NCBI GenBank assembly: GCA_965178125.1
Contig: OZ237735.1
Location: forward strand, 930,001-994,000
Direction: 5' to 3'
DNA from: Bilabrum cf. latius
Lineage: Eukaryota
Length of the DNA stretch: 64,000 bases
Shown here piece by piece: positions 15,001-30,000 of the stretch (positions are counted from its first letter, which is position 1; each line of letters starts with the position of its first letter). The notes below the pieces were generated by a model. It worked only from the letters and a program-made list of their open reading frames with translations, made no database searches and was not told the DNA's origin. A program made the translations under genes and the position numbers.

Positions 15001-18000
15001 ACGCCATCCGCCGACCGCACCGTCACCAGCCCGCTCGTGGCCTCGCTGGCGCCCACGCCAGATGCCACGGACACCAGCCCGCCCGTGCTCGACGTGTCCG
15101 TCGACTCACCGCCGAACACGTACACCGACCCGCCCACGCCCGATGACGCCTTCGAAGACGTCACTGACACAGACCCAGACGCGCCCAGCGAGGACTCGCC
15201 GGCCGACAGCACCAGCCATCCCACAGACCCGGACCCCACGTTCCCGGACTCCACCAACACATGACCGCTGCTGCCCACGTGCGCCGCGCCGCTACGCAGC
15301 ACCAGCCCGCCCGACGGGCCGCCGGAGCTCACGCCCGATCCCACCGTCACCGACCCAGACCCGGAGCTTGACGCAGACCCGGACTCCAGACTCACAGACC
15401 CAGACGACCCCTTCACGCCAGACCCAGACCCCACTGACACTGACCCGGACTCGCCCACAGTCGCAGACCCAGACCCCACTGACACTGACCCAGACGTGCC
15501 CGACCCTGCAAGCCCGCTGCCCACTGTCACGCTCCCGCTCAGACCCGCCGTGGACTTGCCAGATACCACCGACACCGTGCCCGACGCTCCGGCAGACCCC
15601 ACGCCATCCGCCGACCGCACCGTCACCAGCCCGCTCGTGGCCTCGCTGGCGCCCGCGCCAGATGCCACGGACACCAGCCCGCCCGTGCTCGACGTGTCCG
15701 TCGACTCACCGCCGAACACGTACACCGACCCGCCCACGCCCGATGACGCCTTCGAAGACGTCACTGACACAGACCCAGACGCGCCCAGCGAGGACTCGCC
15801 GGCCGACAGCACCAGCCATCCCACAGACCCGGACCCCACGTTCCCGGACTCCACCAACACATGACCGCTGCTGCCCACGTGCGCCGCGCCGCTACGCAGC
15901 ACCAGCCCGCCCGACGGGCCGCCGGAGCTCACGCCCGATCCCACCGTCACCGACCCAGACCCGGAGCTTGACGCAGACCCGGACTCCAGACTCACAGACC
16001 CAGACGACCCCTTCACGCCAGACCCAGATGACACAGACACAGACCCGGACTCGCCCACCGTCGCAGACCCAGACCCCACTGACACTGACCCAGACGTGCC
16101 CGACCCTGCAAGCCCGCTGCCCACTGTCACGCTCCCGCTCAGACCCGCCGTGGACTTGCCAGATACCACCGACACCGTGCCCGACGCTCCGTCAGACCCC
16201 ACGCCATCCGCCGACCGCACCGTCACCAGCCCGCTCGTGGCCTCGCTGGCGCCCACGCCAGATGCCACGGACACCAGCCCGCCCGTGCTCGACGTGTCCG
16301 TCGACTCACCGCCGAACACGTACACCGACCCGCCCACGCCCGATGACGCCTTCGAAGACGTCACTGACACAGACCCAGACGCGCCCAGCGAGGACTCGCC
16401 GGCCGACAGCACCAGCCATCCCACAGACCCGGACCCCACGTTCCCGGACTCCACCAACACATGGCCGCTGCTGCCCACGTGCGCCGCGCCGCTACGCAGC
16501 ACCAGCCCGCCCGACGGGCCGCCGGAGCTCACGCCCGATCCCACCGTCACCGACCCAGACCCGGAGCTTGACGCAGACCCGGACTCCAGACTCACAGACC
16601 CAGACGACCCCTTCACGCCAGACCCAGATGACACAGACACAGACCCGGACTCGCCCACCGTCGCAGACCCAGACCCCACTGACACTGACCCAGACGTGCC
16701 CGACCCTGCAAGCCCGCTGCCCACTGTCACGCTCCCGCTCAGACCCGCCGTGGACTTGCCAGATACCACCGACACCGTGCCCGACGCTCCGACAGACCCC
16801 ACGCCATCCGCCGACCGCACCGTCACCAGCCCGCTCGTGGCCTCGCTGGCGCCCACGCCAGATGCCACGGACACCAGCCCGCCCGTGCTCGACGTGTCCG
16901 TCGACTCACCGCCGAACACGTACACCGACCCGCCCACGCCCGATGACGCCTTCGAAGACGTCACTGACACAGACCCAGACGCGCCCAGCGAGGACTCGCC
17001 GGCCGACAGCACCAGCCATCCCACAGACCCGGACCCCACGTTCCCGGACTCCACCAACACATGGCCGCTGCTGCCCACGTGCGCCGCGCCGCTACGCAGC
17101 ACCAGCCCGCCCGACGGGCCGCCGGAGCTCACGCCCGATCCCACCGTCACCGACCCAGACCCGGAGCTTGACGCAGACCCGGACTCCAGACTCACAGACC
17201 CAGACGACCCCTTCACGCCAGACCCAGATGACACAGACACAGACCCGGACTCGCCCACCGTCGCAGACCCAGACCCCACTGACACTGACCCAGACGTGCC
17301 CGACCCTGCAAGCCCGCTGCCCACTGTCACGCTCCCGCTCAGACCCGCCGTGGACTTGCCAGATACTACCGACACCGTGCCCGACGCTCCGTCAGACCCC
17401 ACGCCATCCGCCGACCGCACCGTCACCAGCCCGCTCGTGGCCTCGCTGGCGCCCACGCCAGATGCCACGGACACCAGCCCGCCCGTGCTCGACGTGTCCG
17501 TCGACTCACCGCCGAACACGTACACCGACCCGCCCACGCCCGATGACGCCTTCGAAGACGTCACTGACACAGACCCAGACGCGCCCAGCGAGGACTCGCC
17601 GGCCGACAGCACCAGCCATCCCACAGACCCGGACCCCACGTTCCCGGACTCCACCAACACATGGCCGCTGCTGCCCACGTGCGCCGCGCCGCTACGCAGC
17701 ACCAGCCCGCCCGACGGGCCGCCGGAGCTCACGCCCGATCCCACCGTCACCGACCCAGACCCGGAGCTTGACGCAGACCCGGACTCCAGACTCACAGACC
17801 CAGACGACCCCTTCACGCCAGACCCAGATGACACAGACACAGACCCGGACTCGCCCACCGTCGCAGACCCAGACCCCACTGACACTGACCCAGACGTGCC
17901 CGACCCTGCAAGCCCGCTGCCCACTGTCACGCTCCCGCTCAGACCCGCCGTGGACTTGCCAGATACCACCGACACCGTGCCCGACGCTCCGTCAGACCCC

Positions 18001-21000
18001 ACGCCATCCGCCGACCGCACCGTCACCAGCCCGCTCGTGGCCTCGCTGGCGCCCACGCCAGATGCCACGGACACCAGCCCGCCCGTGCTCGACGTGTCCG
18101 CCGACTCACCGCCGAACACGTACACCGACCCGCCCACGCCCGATGACGCCTTCGAAGACGTCACTGACACAGACCCAGACGCGCCCAGCGAGGACTCGCC
18201 GGCCGACAGCACCAGCCATCCCACAGACCCGGACCCCACGTTCCCGGACTCCACCAACACATGGCCGCTGCTGCCCACGTGCGACGCGCCGCTACGCAGC
18301 ACCAGCCCGCCCGACGGGCCGCCGGAGCTCACGCCCGATCCCACCGTCACCGACCCAGACCCGGAGCTTGACGCAGACCCGGACTCCAGACTCACAGACC
18401 CAGACGACCCCTTCACGCCAGACCCAGATGACACAGACACAGACCCGGACTCGCCCACCGTCGCAGACCCAGACCCCACTGACACTGACCCAGACGTGCC
18501 CGACCCTGCAAGCCCGCTGCCCACTGTCACGCTCCCGCTCAGACCCGCCGTGGACTTGCCAGATACCACCGACACCGTGCCCGACGCTCCGACAGACCCC
18601 ACGCCATCCGCCGACCGCACCGTCACCAGCCCGCTCGTGGCCTCGCTGGCGCCCACGCCAGATGCCACGGACACCAGCCCGCCCGTGCTCGACGTGTCCG
18701 TCGACTCACCGCCGAGCACGTACACCGACCCGCCCACGCCCGATGACGCCTTCGAAGACGTCACTGACACAGACCCAGACGCGCCCAGCGAGGACTCGCC
18801 GGCCGACAGCACCAGCCATCCCACAGACCCGGACCCCACGTTCCCGGACTCCACCAACACATGGCCGCTGCTGCCCACGTGCGCCGCGCCGCTACGCAGC
18901 ACCAGCCCGCCCGACGGGCCGCCGGAGCTCACGCCCGATCCCACCGTCACCGACCCAGACCCGGAGCTTGACGCAGACCCGGACTCCAGACTCACAGACC
19001 CAGACGACCCCTTCACGCCAGACCCAGATGACACAGACACAGACCCGGACTCGCCCACCGTCGCAGACCCAGACCCCACTGACACTGACCCAGACGTGCC
19101 CGACCCTGCAAGCCCGCTGCCCACTGTCACGCTCCCGCTCAGACCCGCCGTGGACTTGCCAGATACCACCGACACCGTGCCCGACGCTCCGTCAGACCCC
19201 ACGCCATCCGCCGACCGCACCGTCACCAGCCCGCTCGTGGCCTCGCTGGCGCCCACGCCAGATGCCACGGACACCAGCCCGCCCGTGCTGGACGTGTCCG
19301 TCGACTCACCGCCGAACACGTACACCGACCCGCCCACGCCCGATGACGCCTTCGAAGACGTCACTGACACAGACCCAGACGCGCCCAGCGAGGACTCGCC
19401 GGCCGACAGCACCAGCCATCCCACAGACCCGGACCCCACGTTCCCGGACTCCACCAACACATGGCCGCTGCTGCCGACTGTACTTGACCCGGTGCCAACC
19501 CGCAGCGACCCAGACGACCCCGACCCCGCCAACCCAGTCAGCAGAGATCCTGACCCACTGCTGCCCACGTGCGCCGCGCCGCTACGCAGCACCAGCCCGC
19601 CCGACGGGCCGCCGGAGCTCACGCCCGATCCCACCGTCACCGACCCAGACCCGGAGCTTGACGCAGACCCGGACTCCAGACTCACAGACCCAGACGACCC
19701 CTTCACGCCAGACCCAGATGACACAGACACAGACCCGGACTCGCCCACCGTCGCAGACCCAGACCCCACTGACACTGACCCAGACGTGCCCGACCCTGCA
19801 AGCCCGCTGCCCACTGTCACGCTCCCGCTCAGACCCGCCGTGGACTTGCCAGATACCACCGACACCGTGCCCGACGCTCCGGCAGACCCCACGCCATCCG
19901 CCGACCGCACCGTCACCAGCCCGCTCGTGGCCTCGCTGGCGCCCACGCCAGATGCCACGGACACCAGCCCGCCCGTGCTCGACGTGTCCGTCGACTCACC
20001 GCCGAACACGTACACCGACCCGCCCACGCCCGATGACGCCTTCGAAGACGTCACTGACACAGACCCAGACGCGCCCAGCGAGGACTCGCCGGCCGACAGC
20101 ACCAGCCATCCCACAGACCCGGACCCCACGTTCCCGGACTCCACCAATACATGGCCGCTGCTGCCCACGTGCGCCGCGCCGCTACGCAGCACCAGCCCGC
20201 CCGACGGGCCGCCGGAGCTCACGCCCGATCCCACCGTCACCGACCCAGACCCGGAGCTTGACGCAGACCCGGACTCCAGACTCACAGACCCAGACGACCC
20301 CTTCACGCCAGACCCAGATGACACAGACACAGACCCGGACTCGCCCACCGTCGCAGACCCAGACCCCACTGACACTGACCCAGACGTGCCCGACCCTGCA
20401 AGCCCGCTGCCCACTGTCACGCTCCCGCTCAGACCCGCCGTGGACTTGCCAGATACCACCGACACCGTGCCCGACGCTCCGGCAGACCCCACGCCATCCG
20501 CCGACCGCACCGTCACCAGCCCGCTCGTGGCCTCGCTGGCGCCCACGCCAGATGCCACGGACACCAGCCCGCCCGTGCTGGACGTGTCCGTCGACTCACC
20601 GCCGAACACGTACACCGACCCGCCCACGCCCGATGACGCCTTCGAAGACGTCACTGACACAGACCCAGACGCGCCCAGCGAGGACTCGCCGGCCGACAGC
20701 ACCAGCCATCCCACAGACCCGGACCCCACGTTCCCGGACTCCACCAACACATGGCCGCTGCTGCCCACGTGCGCCGCGCCGCTACGCAGCACCAGCCCGC
20801 CCGACGGGCCGCCGGAGCTCACGCCCGATCCCACCGTCACCGACCCAGACCCGGAGCTTGACGCAGACCCGGACTCCAGACTCACAGACCCAGACGACCC
20901 CTTCACGCCAGACCCAGATGACACAGACACAGACCCGGACTCGCCCACCGTCGCAGACCCAGACCCCACTGACACTGACCCAGACGTGCCCGACCCTGCA

Positions 21001-24000
21001 AGCCCGCTGCCCACTGTCACGCTCCCGCTCAGACCCGCCGTGGACTTGCCAGATACCACCGACACCGTGCCCGACGCTCCGGCAGACCCCACGCCATCCG
21101 CCGACCGCACCGTCACCAAGCCGCTCGTGGCCTCGCTGGCGCCCACGCCAGATGCCACGGACACCAGCCCGCCCGTGCTCGACGCGTCCGTCGACTCACC
21201 GCCGAGCACGTACACCGACCCGCCCACGCCCGATGACGCCTTCGAAGACGTCACTGACACAGACCCAGACGCGCCCAGCGAGGACTCGCCGGCCGACAGC
21301 ACCAGCCATCCCACAGACCCGGACCCCACGTTCCCGGACTCCACCAACACATGACCGCTGCTGCCCACGTGCGCCGCGCCGCTACGCAGCACCAGCCCGC
21401 CCGACGGGCCGCCGGAGCTCACGCCCGATCCCACCGTCACCGACCCAGACCCGGAGCTTGACGCAGACCCGGACTCCAGACTCACAGACCCAGACGACCC
21501 CTTCACGCCAGACCCAGATGACACAGACACAGACCCGGACTCGCCCACCGTCGCAGACCCAGACCCCACTGACACTGACCCAGACGTGCCCGACCCTGCA
21601 AGCCCGCTGCCCACTGTCACGCTCCCGCTCAGACCCGCCGTGGACTTGCCAGATACCACCGACACCGTGCCCGACGCTCCGTCAGACCCCACGCCATCCG
21701 CCGACCGCACCGTCACCAGCCCGCTCGTGGCCTCGCTGGCGCCCACGCCAGATGCCACGGACACCAGCCCGCCCGTGCTCGACGTGTCCGTCGACTCACC
21801 GCCGAACACGTACACCGACCCGCCCACGCCCGATGACGCCTTCGAAGACGTCACTGACACAGACCCAGACGCGCCCAGCGAGGACTCGCCGGCCGACAGC
21901 ACCAGCCATCCCACAGACCCGGACCCCACGTTCCCGGACTCCACCAACACATGGCCGCTGCTGCCCACGTGCGCCGCGCCGCTACGCAGCACCAGCCCGC
22001 CCGACGGGCCGCCGGAGCTCACGCCCGATCCCACCGTCACCGACCCAGACCCGGAGCTTGACGCAGACCCGGACTCCAGACTCACAGACCCAGACGACCC
22101 CTTCACGCCAGACCCAGATGACACAGACACAGACCCGGACTCGCCCACCGTCGCAGACCCAGACCCCACTGACACTGACCCAGACGTGCCCGACCCTGCA
22201 AGCCCGCTGCCCACTGTCACGCTCCCGCTCAGACCCGCCGTGGACTTGCCAGATACCACCGACACCGTGCCCGACGCTCCGGCAGACCCCACGCCATCCG
22301 CCGACCGCACCGTCACCAGCCCGCTCGTGGCCTCGCTGGCGCCCACGCCAGATGCCACGGACACCAGCCCGCCCGTGCTCGACGTGTCCGTCGACTCACC
22401 GCCGAACACGTACACCGACCCGCCCACGCCCGATGACGCCTTCGAAGACGTCACTGACACAGACCCAGACGCGCCCAGCGAGGACTCGCCGGCCGACAGC
22501 ACCAGCCATCCCACAGACCCGGACCCCACGTTCCCGGACTCCACCAACACATGGCCGCTGCTGCCCACGTGCGCCGCGCCGCTACGCAGCACCAGCCCGC
22601 CCGACGGGCCGCCGGAGCTCACGCCCGATCCCACCGTCACCGACCCAGACCCGGAGCTTGACGCAGACCCGGACTCCAGACTCACAGACCCAGACGACCC
22701 CTTCACGCCAGACCCAGATGACACAGACACAGACCCGGACTCGCCCACCGTCGCAGACCCAGACCCCACTGACACTGACCCAGACGTGCCCGACCCTGCA
22801 AGCCCGCTGCCCACTGTCACGCTCCCGCTCAGACCCGCCGTGGACTTGCCAGATACCACCGACACCGTGCCCGACGCTCCGTCAGACCCCACGCCATCCG
22901 CCGACCGCACCGTCACCAGCCCGCTCGTGGCCTCGCTGGCGCCCACGCCAGATGCCACGGACACCAGCCCGCCCGTGCTCGACGTGTCCGTCGACTCACC
23001 GCCGAGCACGTACACCGACCCGCCCACGCCCGATGACGCCTTCGAAGACGTCACTGACACAGACCCAGACGCGCCCAGCGAGGACTCGCCGGCCGACAGC
23101 ACCAGCCATCCCACAGACCCGGACCCCACGTTCCCGGACTCCACCAATACATGGCCGCTGCTGCCCACGTGCGCCGCGCCGCTACGCAGCACCAGCCCGC
23201 CCGACGGGCCGCCGGAGCTCACGCCCGATCCCACCGTCACCGACCCAGACCCGGAGCTTGACGCAGACCCGGACTCCAGACTCACAGACCCAGACGACCC
23301 CTTCACGCCAGACCCAGATGACACAGACACAGACCCGGACTCGCCCACCGTCGCAGACCCAGACCCCACTGACACTGACCCAGACGTGCCCGACCCTGCA
23401 AGCCCGCTGCCCACTGTCACGCTCCCGCTCAGACCCGCCGTGGACTTGCCAGATACCACCGACACCGTGCCCGACGCTCCGGCAGACCCCACGCCATCCG
23501 CCGACCGCACCGTCACCAGCCCGCTCGTGGCCTCGCTGGCGCCCACGCCAGATGCCACGGACACCAGCCCGCCCGTGCTCGACGCGTCCGTCGACTCACC
23601 GCCGAGCACGTACACCGACCCGCCCACGCCCGATGACGCCTTCGAAGACGTCACTGACACAGACCCAGACGCGCCCAGCGAGGACTCGCCGGCCGACAGC
23701 ACCAGCCATCCCACAGACCCGGACCCCACGTTCCCGGACTCCACCAACACATGACCGCTGCTGCCCACGTGCGCCGCGCCGCTACGCAGCACCAGCCCGC
23801 CCGACGGGCCGCCGGAGCTCACGCCCGATCCCACCGTCACCGACCCAGACCCGGAGCTTGACGCAGACCCGGACTCCAGACTCACAGACCCAGACGACCC
23901 CTTCACGCCAGACCCAGATGACACAGACACAGACCCGGACTCGCCCACCGTCGCAGACCCAGACCCCACTGACACTGACCCAGACGTGCCCGACCCTGCA

Positions 24001-27000
24001 AGCCCGCTGCCCACTGTCACGCTCCCGCTCAGACCCGCCGTGGACTTGCCAGATACCACCGACACCGTGCCCGACGCTCCGTCAGACCCCACGCCATCCG
24101 CCGACCGCACCGTCACCAGCCCGCTCGTGGCCTCGCTGGCGCCCGCGCCAGATGCCACGGACACCAGCCCGCCCGTGCTCGACGTGTCCGTCGACTCACC
24201 GCCGAACACGTACACCGACCCGCCCACGCCCGATGACGCCTTCGAAGACGTCACTGACACAGACCCAGACGCGCCCAGCGAGGACTCGCCGGCCGACAGC
24301 ACCAGCCATCCCACAGACCCGGACCCCACGTTCCCGGACTCCACCAACACATGGCCGCTGCTGCCCACGTGCGCCGCGCCGCTACGCAGCACCAGCCCGC
24401 CCGACGGGCCGCCGGAGCTCACGCCCGATCCCACCGTCACCGACCCAGACCCGGAGCTTGACGCAGACCCGGACTCCAGACTCACAGACCCAGACGACCC
24501 CTTCACGCCAGACCCAGATGACACAGACACAGACCCGGACTCGCCCACCGTCGCAGACCCAGACCCCACTGACACTGACCCAGACGTGCCCGACCCTGCA
24601 AGCCCGCTGCCCACTGTCACGCTCCCGCTCAGACCCGCCGTGGACTTGCCAGATACCACCGACACCGTGCCCGACGCTCCGGCAGACCCCACGCCATCCG
24701 CCGACCGCACCGTCACCAGCCCGCTCGTGGCCTCGCTGGCGCCCGCGCCAGATGCCACGGACACCAGCCCGCCCGTGCTCGACGTGTCCGTCGACTCACC
24801 GCCGAACACGTACACCGACCCGCCCACGCCCGATGACGCCTTCGAAGACGTCACTGACACAGACCCAGACGCGCCCAGCGAGGACTCGCCGGCCGACAGC
24901 ACCAGCCATCCCACAGACCCGGACCCCACGTTCCCGGACTCCACCAACACATGACCGCTGCTGCCCACGTGCGCCGCGCCGCTACGCAGCACCAGCCCGC
25001 CCGACGGGCCACCGGAGCTCACGCCCGATCCCACCGTCACCGACCCAGACCCGGAGCTTGACGCAGACCCGGACTCCAGACTCACAGACCCAGACGACCC
25101 CTTCACGCCAGACCCAGATGACACAGACACAGACCCGGACTCGCCCACCGTCGCAGACCCAGACCCCACTGACACTGACCCAGACGTGCCCGACCCTGCA
25201 AGCCCGCTGCCCACTGTCACGCTCCCGCTCAGACCCGCCGTGGACTTGCCAGATACCACCGACACCGTGCCCGACGCTCCGTCAGACCCCACGCCATCCG
25301 CCGACCGCACCGTCACCAGCCCGCTCGTGGCCTCGCTGGCGCCCACGCCAGATGCCACGGACACCAGCCCGCCCGTGCTCGACGTGTCCGTCGACTCACC
25401 GCCGAACACGTACACCGACCCGCCCACGCCCGATGACGCCTTCGAAGACGTCACTGACACAGACCCAGACGCGCCCAGCGAGGACTCGCCGGCCGACAGC
25501 ACCAGCCATCCCACAGACCCGGACCCCACGTTCCCGGACTCCACCAACACATGACCGCTGCTGCCCACGTGCGCCGCGCCGCTACGCAGCACCAGCCCGC
25601 CCGACGGGCCGCCGGAGCTCACGCCCGATCCCACCGTCACCGACCCAGACCCGGAGCTTGACGCAGACCCGGACTCCAGACTCACAGACCCAGACGACCC
25701 CTTCACGCCAGACCCAGATGACACAGACACAGACCCGGACTCGCCCACCGTCGCAGACCCAGACCCCACTGACACTGACCCAGACGTGCCCGACCCTGCA
25801 AGCCCGCTGCCCACTGTCACGCTCCCGCTCAGACCCGCCGTGGACTTGCCAGATACCACCGACACCGTGCCCGACGCTCCGGCAGACCCCACGCCATCCG
25901 CCGACCGCACCGTCACCAGCCCGCTCGTGGCCTCGCTGGCGCCCACGCCAGATGCCACGGACACCAGCCCGCCCGTGCTCGACGTGTCCGTCGACTCACC
26001 GCCGAGCACGTACACCGACCCGCCCACGCCCGATGACGCCTTCGAAGACGTCACTGACACAGACCCAGACGCGCCCAGCGAGGACTCGCCGGCCGACAGC
26101 ACCAGCCATCCCACAGACCCGGACCCCACGTTCCCGGACTCCACCAACACATGACCGCTGCTGCCCACGTGCGCCGCGCCGCTACGCAGCACCAGCCCGC
26201 CCGACGGGCCGCCGGAGCTCACGCCCGATCCCACCGTCACCGACCCAGACCCGGAGCTTGACGCAGACCCGGACTCCAGACTCACAGACCCAGACGACCC
26301 CTTCACGCCAGACCCAGATGACACAGACACAGACCCGGACTCGCCCACCGTCGCAGACCCAGACCCCACTGACACTGACCCAGACGTGCCCGACCCTGCA
26401 AGCCCGCTGCCCACTGTCACGCTCCCGCTCAGACCCGCCGTGGACTTGCCAGATACCACCGACACCGTGCCCGACGCTCCGTCAGACCCCACGCCATCCG
26501 CCGACCGCACCGTCACCAGCCCGCTCGTGGCCTCGCTGGCGCCCACGCCAGATGCCACGGACACCAGCCCGCCCGTGCTCGACGCGTCCGTCGACTCACC
26601 GCCGAACACGTACACCGACCCGCCCACGCCCGATGACGCCTTCGAAGACGTCACTGACACAGACCCAGACGCGCCCAGCGAGGACTCGCCGGCCGACAGC
26701 ACCAGCCATCCCACAGACCCGGACCCCACGTTCCCGGACTCCACCAACACATGGCCGCTGCTGCCCACGTGCGCCGCGCCGCTACGCAGCACCAGCCCGC
26801 CCGACGGGCCGCCGGAGCTCACGCCCGATCCCACCGTCACCGACCCAGACCCGGAGCTTGACGCAGACCCGGACTCCAGACTCACAGACCCAGACGACCC
26901 CTTCACGCCAGACCCAGATGACACAGACACAGACCCGGACTCGCCCACCGTCGCAGACCCAGACCCCACTGACACTGACCCAGACGTGCCCGACCCTGCA

Positions 27001-30000
27001 AGCCCGCTGCCCACTGTCACGCTCCCGCTCAGACCCGCCGTGGACTTGCCAGATACCACCGACACCGTGCCCGACGCTCCGGCAGACCCCACGCCATCCG
27101 CCGACCGCACCGTCACCAGCCCGCTCGTGGCCTCGCTGGCGCCCACGCCAGATGCCACGGACACCAGCCCGCCCGTGCTCGACGCGTCCGTCGACTCACC
27201 GCCGAGCACGTACACCGACCCGCCCACGCCCGATGACGCCTTCGAAGACGTCACTGACACAGACCCAGACGCGCCCAGCGAGGACTCGCCGGCCGACAGC
27301 ACCAGCCATCCCACAGACCCGGACCCCACGTTCCCGGACTCCACCAACACATGACCGCTGCTGCCCACGTGCGCCGCGCCGCTACGCAGCACCAGCCCGC
27401 CCGACGGGCCGCCGGAGCTCACGCCCGATCCCACCGTCACCGACCCAGACCCGGAGCTTGACGCAGACCCGGACTCCAGACTCACAGACCCAGACGACCC
27501 CTTCACGCCAGACCCAGATGACACAGACACAGACCCGGACTCGCCCACCGTCGCAGACCCAGACCCCACTGACACTGACCCAGACGTGCCCGACCCTGCA
27601 AGCCCGCTGCCCACTGTCACGCTCCCGCTCAGACCCGCCGTGGACTTGCCAGATACCACCGACACCGTGCCCGACGCTCCGGCAGACCCCACGCCATCCG
27701 CCGACCGCACCGTCACCAGCCCGCTCGTGGCCTCGCTGGCGCCCGCGCCAGATGCCACGGACACCAGCCCGCCCGTGCTCGACGTGTCCGTCGACTCACC
27801 GCCGAACACGTACACCGACCCGCCCACGCCCGATGACGCCTTCGAAGACGTCACTGACACAGACCCAGACGCGCCCAGCGAGGACTCGCCGGCCGACAGC
27901 ACCAGCCATCCCACAGACCCGGACCCCACGTTCCCGGACTCCACCAACACATGACCGCTGCTGCCCACGTGCGCCGCGCCGCTACGCAGCACCAGCCCGC
28001 CCGACGGGCCACCGGAGCTCACGCCCGATCCCACCGTCACCGACCCAGACCCGGAGCTTGACGCAGACCCGGACTCCAGACTCACAGACCCAGACGACCC
28101 CTTCACGCCAGACCCAGATGACACAGACACAGACCCGGACTCGCCCACCGTCGCAGACCCAGACCCCACTGACACTGACCCAGACGTGCCCGACCCTGCA
28201 AGCCCGCTGCCCACTGTCACGCTCCCGCTCAGACCCGCCGTGGACTTGCCAGATACCACCGACACCGTGCCCGACGCTCCGGCAGACCCCACGCCATCCG
28301 CCGACCGCACCGTCACCAGCCCGCTCGTGGCCTCGCTGGCGCCCGCGCCAGATGCCACGGACACCAGCCCGCCCGTGCTCGACGTGTCCGTCGACTCACC
28401 GCCGAGCACGTACACCGACCCGCCCACGCCCGATGACGCCTTCGAAGACGTCACTGACACAGACCCAGACGCGCCCAGCGAGGACTCGCCGGCCGATAGC
28501 ACCAGCCATCCCACAGACCCGGACCCCACGTTCCCGGACTCCACCAACACATGGCCGCTGCTGCCCACGTGCGCCGCGCCGCTACGCAGCACCAGCCCGC
28601 CCGACGGGCCGCCGGAGCTCACGCCCGATCCCACCGTCACCGACCCAGACCCGGAGCTTGACGCAGACCCGGACTCCAGACTCACAGACCCAGACGACCC
28701 CTTCACGCCAGACCCAGATGACACAGACACAGACCCGGACTCGCCCACCGTCGCAGACCCAGACCCCACTGACACTGACCCAGACGTGCCCGACCCTGCA
28801 AGCCCGCTGCCCACTGTCACGCTCCCGCTCAGACCCGCCGTGGACTTGCCAGATACCACCGACACCGTGCCCGACGCTCCGGCAGACCCCACGCCATCCG
28901 CCGACCGCACCGTCACCAGCCCGCTCGTGGCCTCGCTGGCGCCCACGCCAGATGCCACGGACACCAGCCCGCCCGTGCTCGACGCGTCCGTCGACTCACC
29001 GCCGAACACGTACACCGACCCGCCCACGCCCGATGACGCCTTCGAAGACGTCACTGACACAGACCCAGACGCGCCCAGCGAGGACTCGCCGGCCGACAGC
29101 ACCAGCCATCCCACAGACCCGGACCCCACGTTCCCGGACTCCACCAACACATGGCCGCTGCTGCCCACGTGCGCCGCGCCGCTACGCAGCACCAGCCCGC
29201 CCGACGGGCCGCCGGAGCTCACGCCCGATCCCACCGTCACCGACCCAGACCCGGAGCTTGACGCAGACCCGGACTCCAGACTCACAGACCCAGACGACCC
29301 CTTCACGCCAGACCCAGATGACACAGACACAGACCCGGACTCGCCCACCGTCGCAGACCCAGACCCCACTGACACTGACCCAGACGTGCCCGACCCTGCA
29401 AGCCCGCTGCCCACTGTCACGCTCCCGCTCAGACCCGCCGTGGACTTGCCAGATACCACCGACACCGTGCCCGACGCTCCGGCAGACCCCACGCCATCCG
29501 CCGACCGCACCGTCACCAGCCCGCTCGTGGCCTCGCTGGCGCCCACGCCAGATGCCACGGACACCAGCCCGCCCGTGCTCGACGTGTCCGTCGACTCACC
29601 GCCGAGCACGTACACCGACCCGCCCACGCCCGATGACGCCTTCGAAGACGTCACTGACACAGATCCAGACGCGCCCAGCGAGGACTCGCCGGCCGACAGC
29701 ACCAGCCATCCCACAGACCCGGACCCCACGTTCCCGGACTCCACCAACACATGGCCGCTGCTGCCCACGTGCGCCGCGCCGCTACGCAGCACCAGCCCGC
29801 CCGACGGGCCGCCGGAGCTCACGCCCGATCCCACCGTCACCGACCCAGACCCGGAGCTTGACGCAGACCCGGACTCCAGACTCACAGACCCAGACGACCC
29901 CTTCACGCCAGACCCAGATGACACAGACACAGACCCGGACTCGCCCACCGTCGCAGACCCAGACCCCACTGACACTGACCCAGACGTGCCCGACCCTGCA

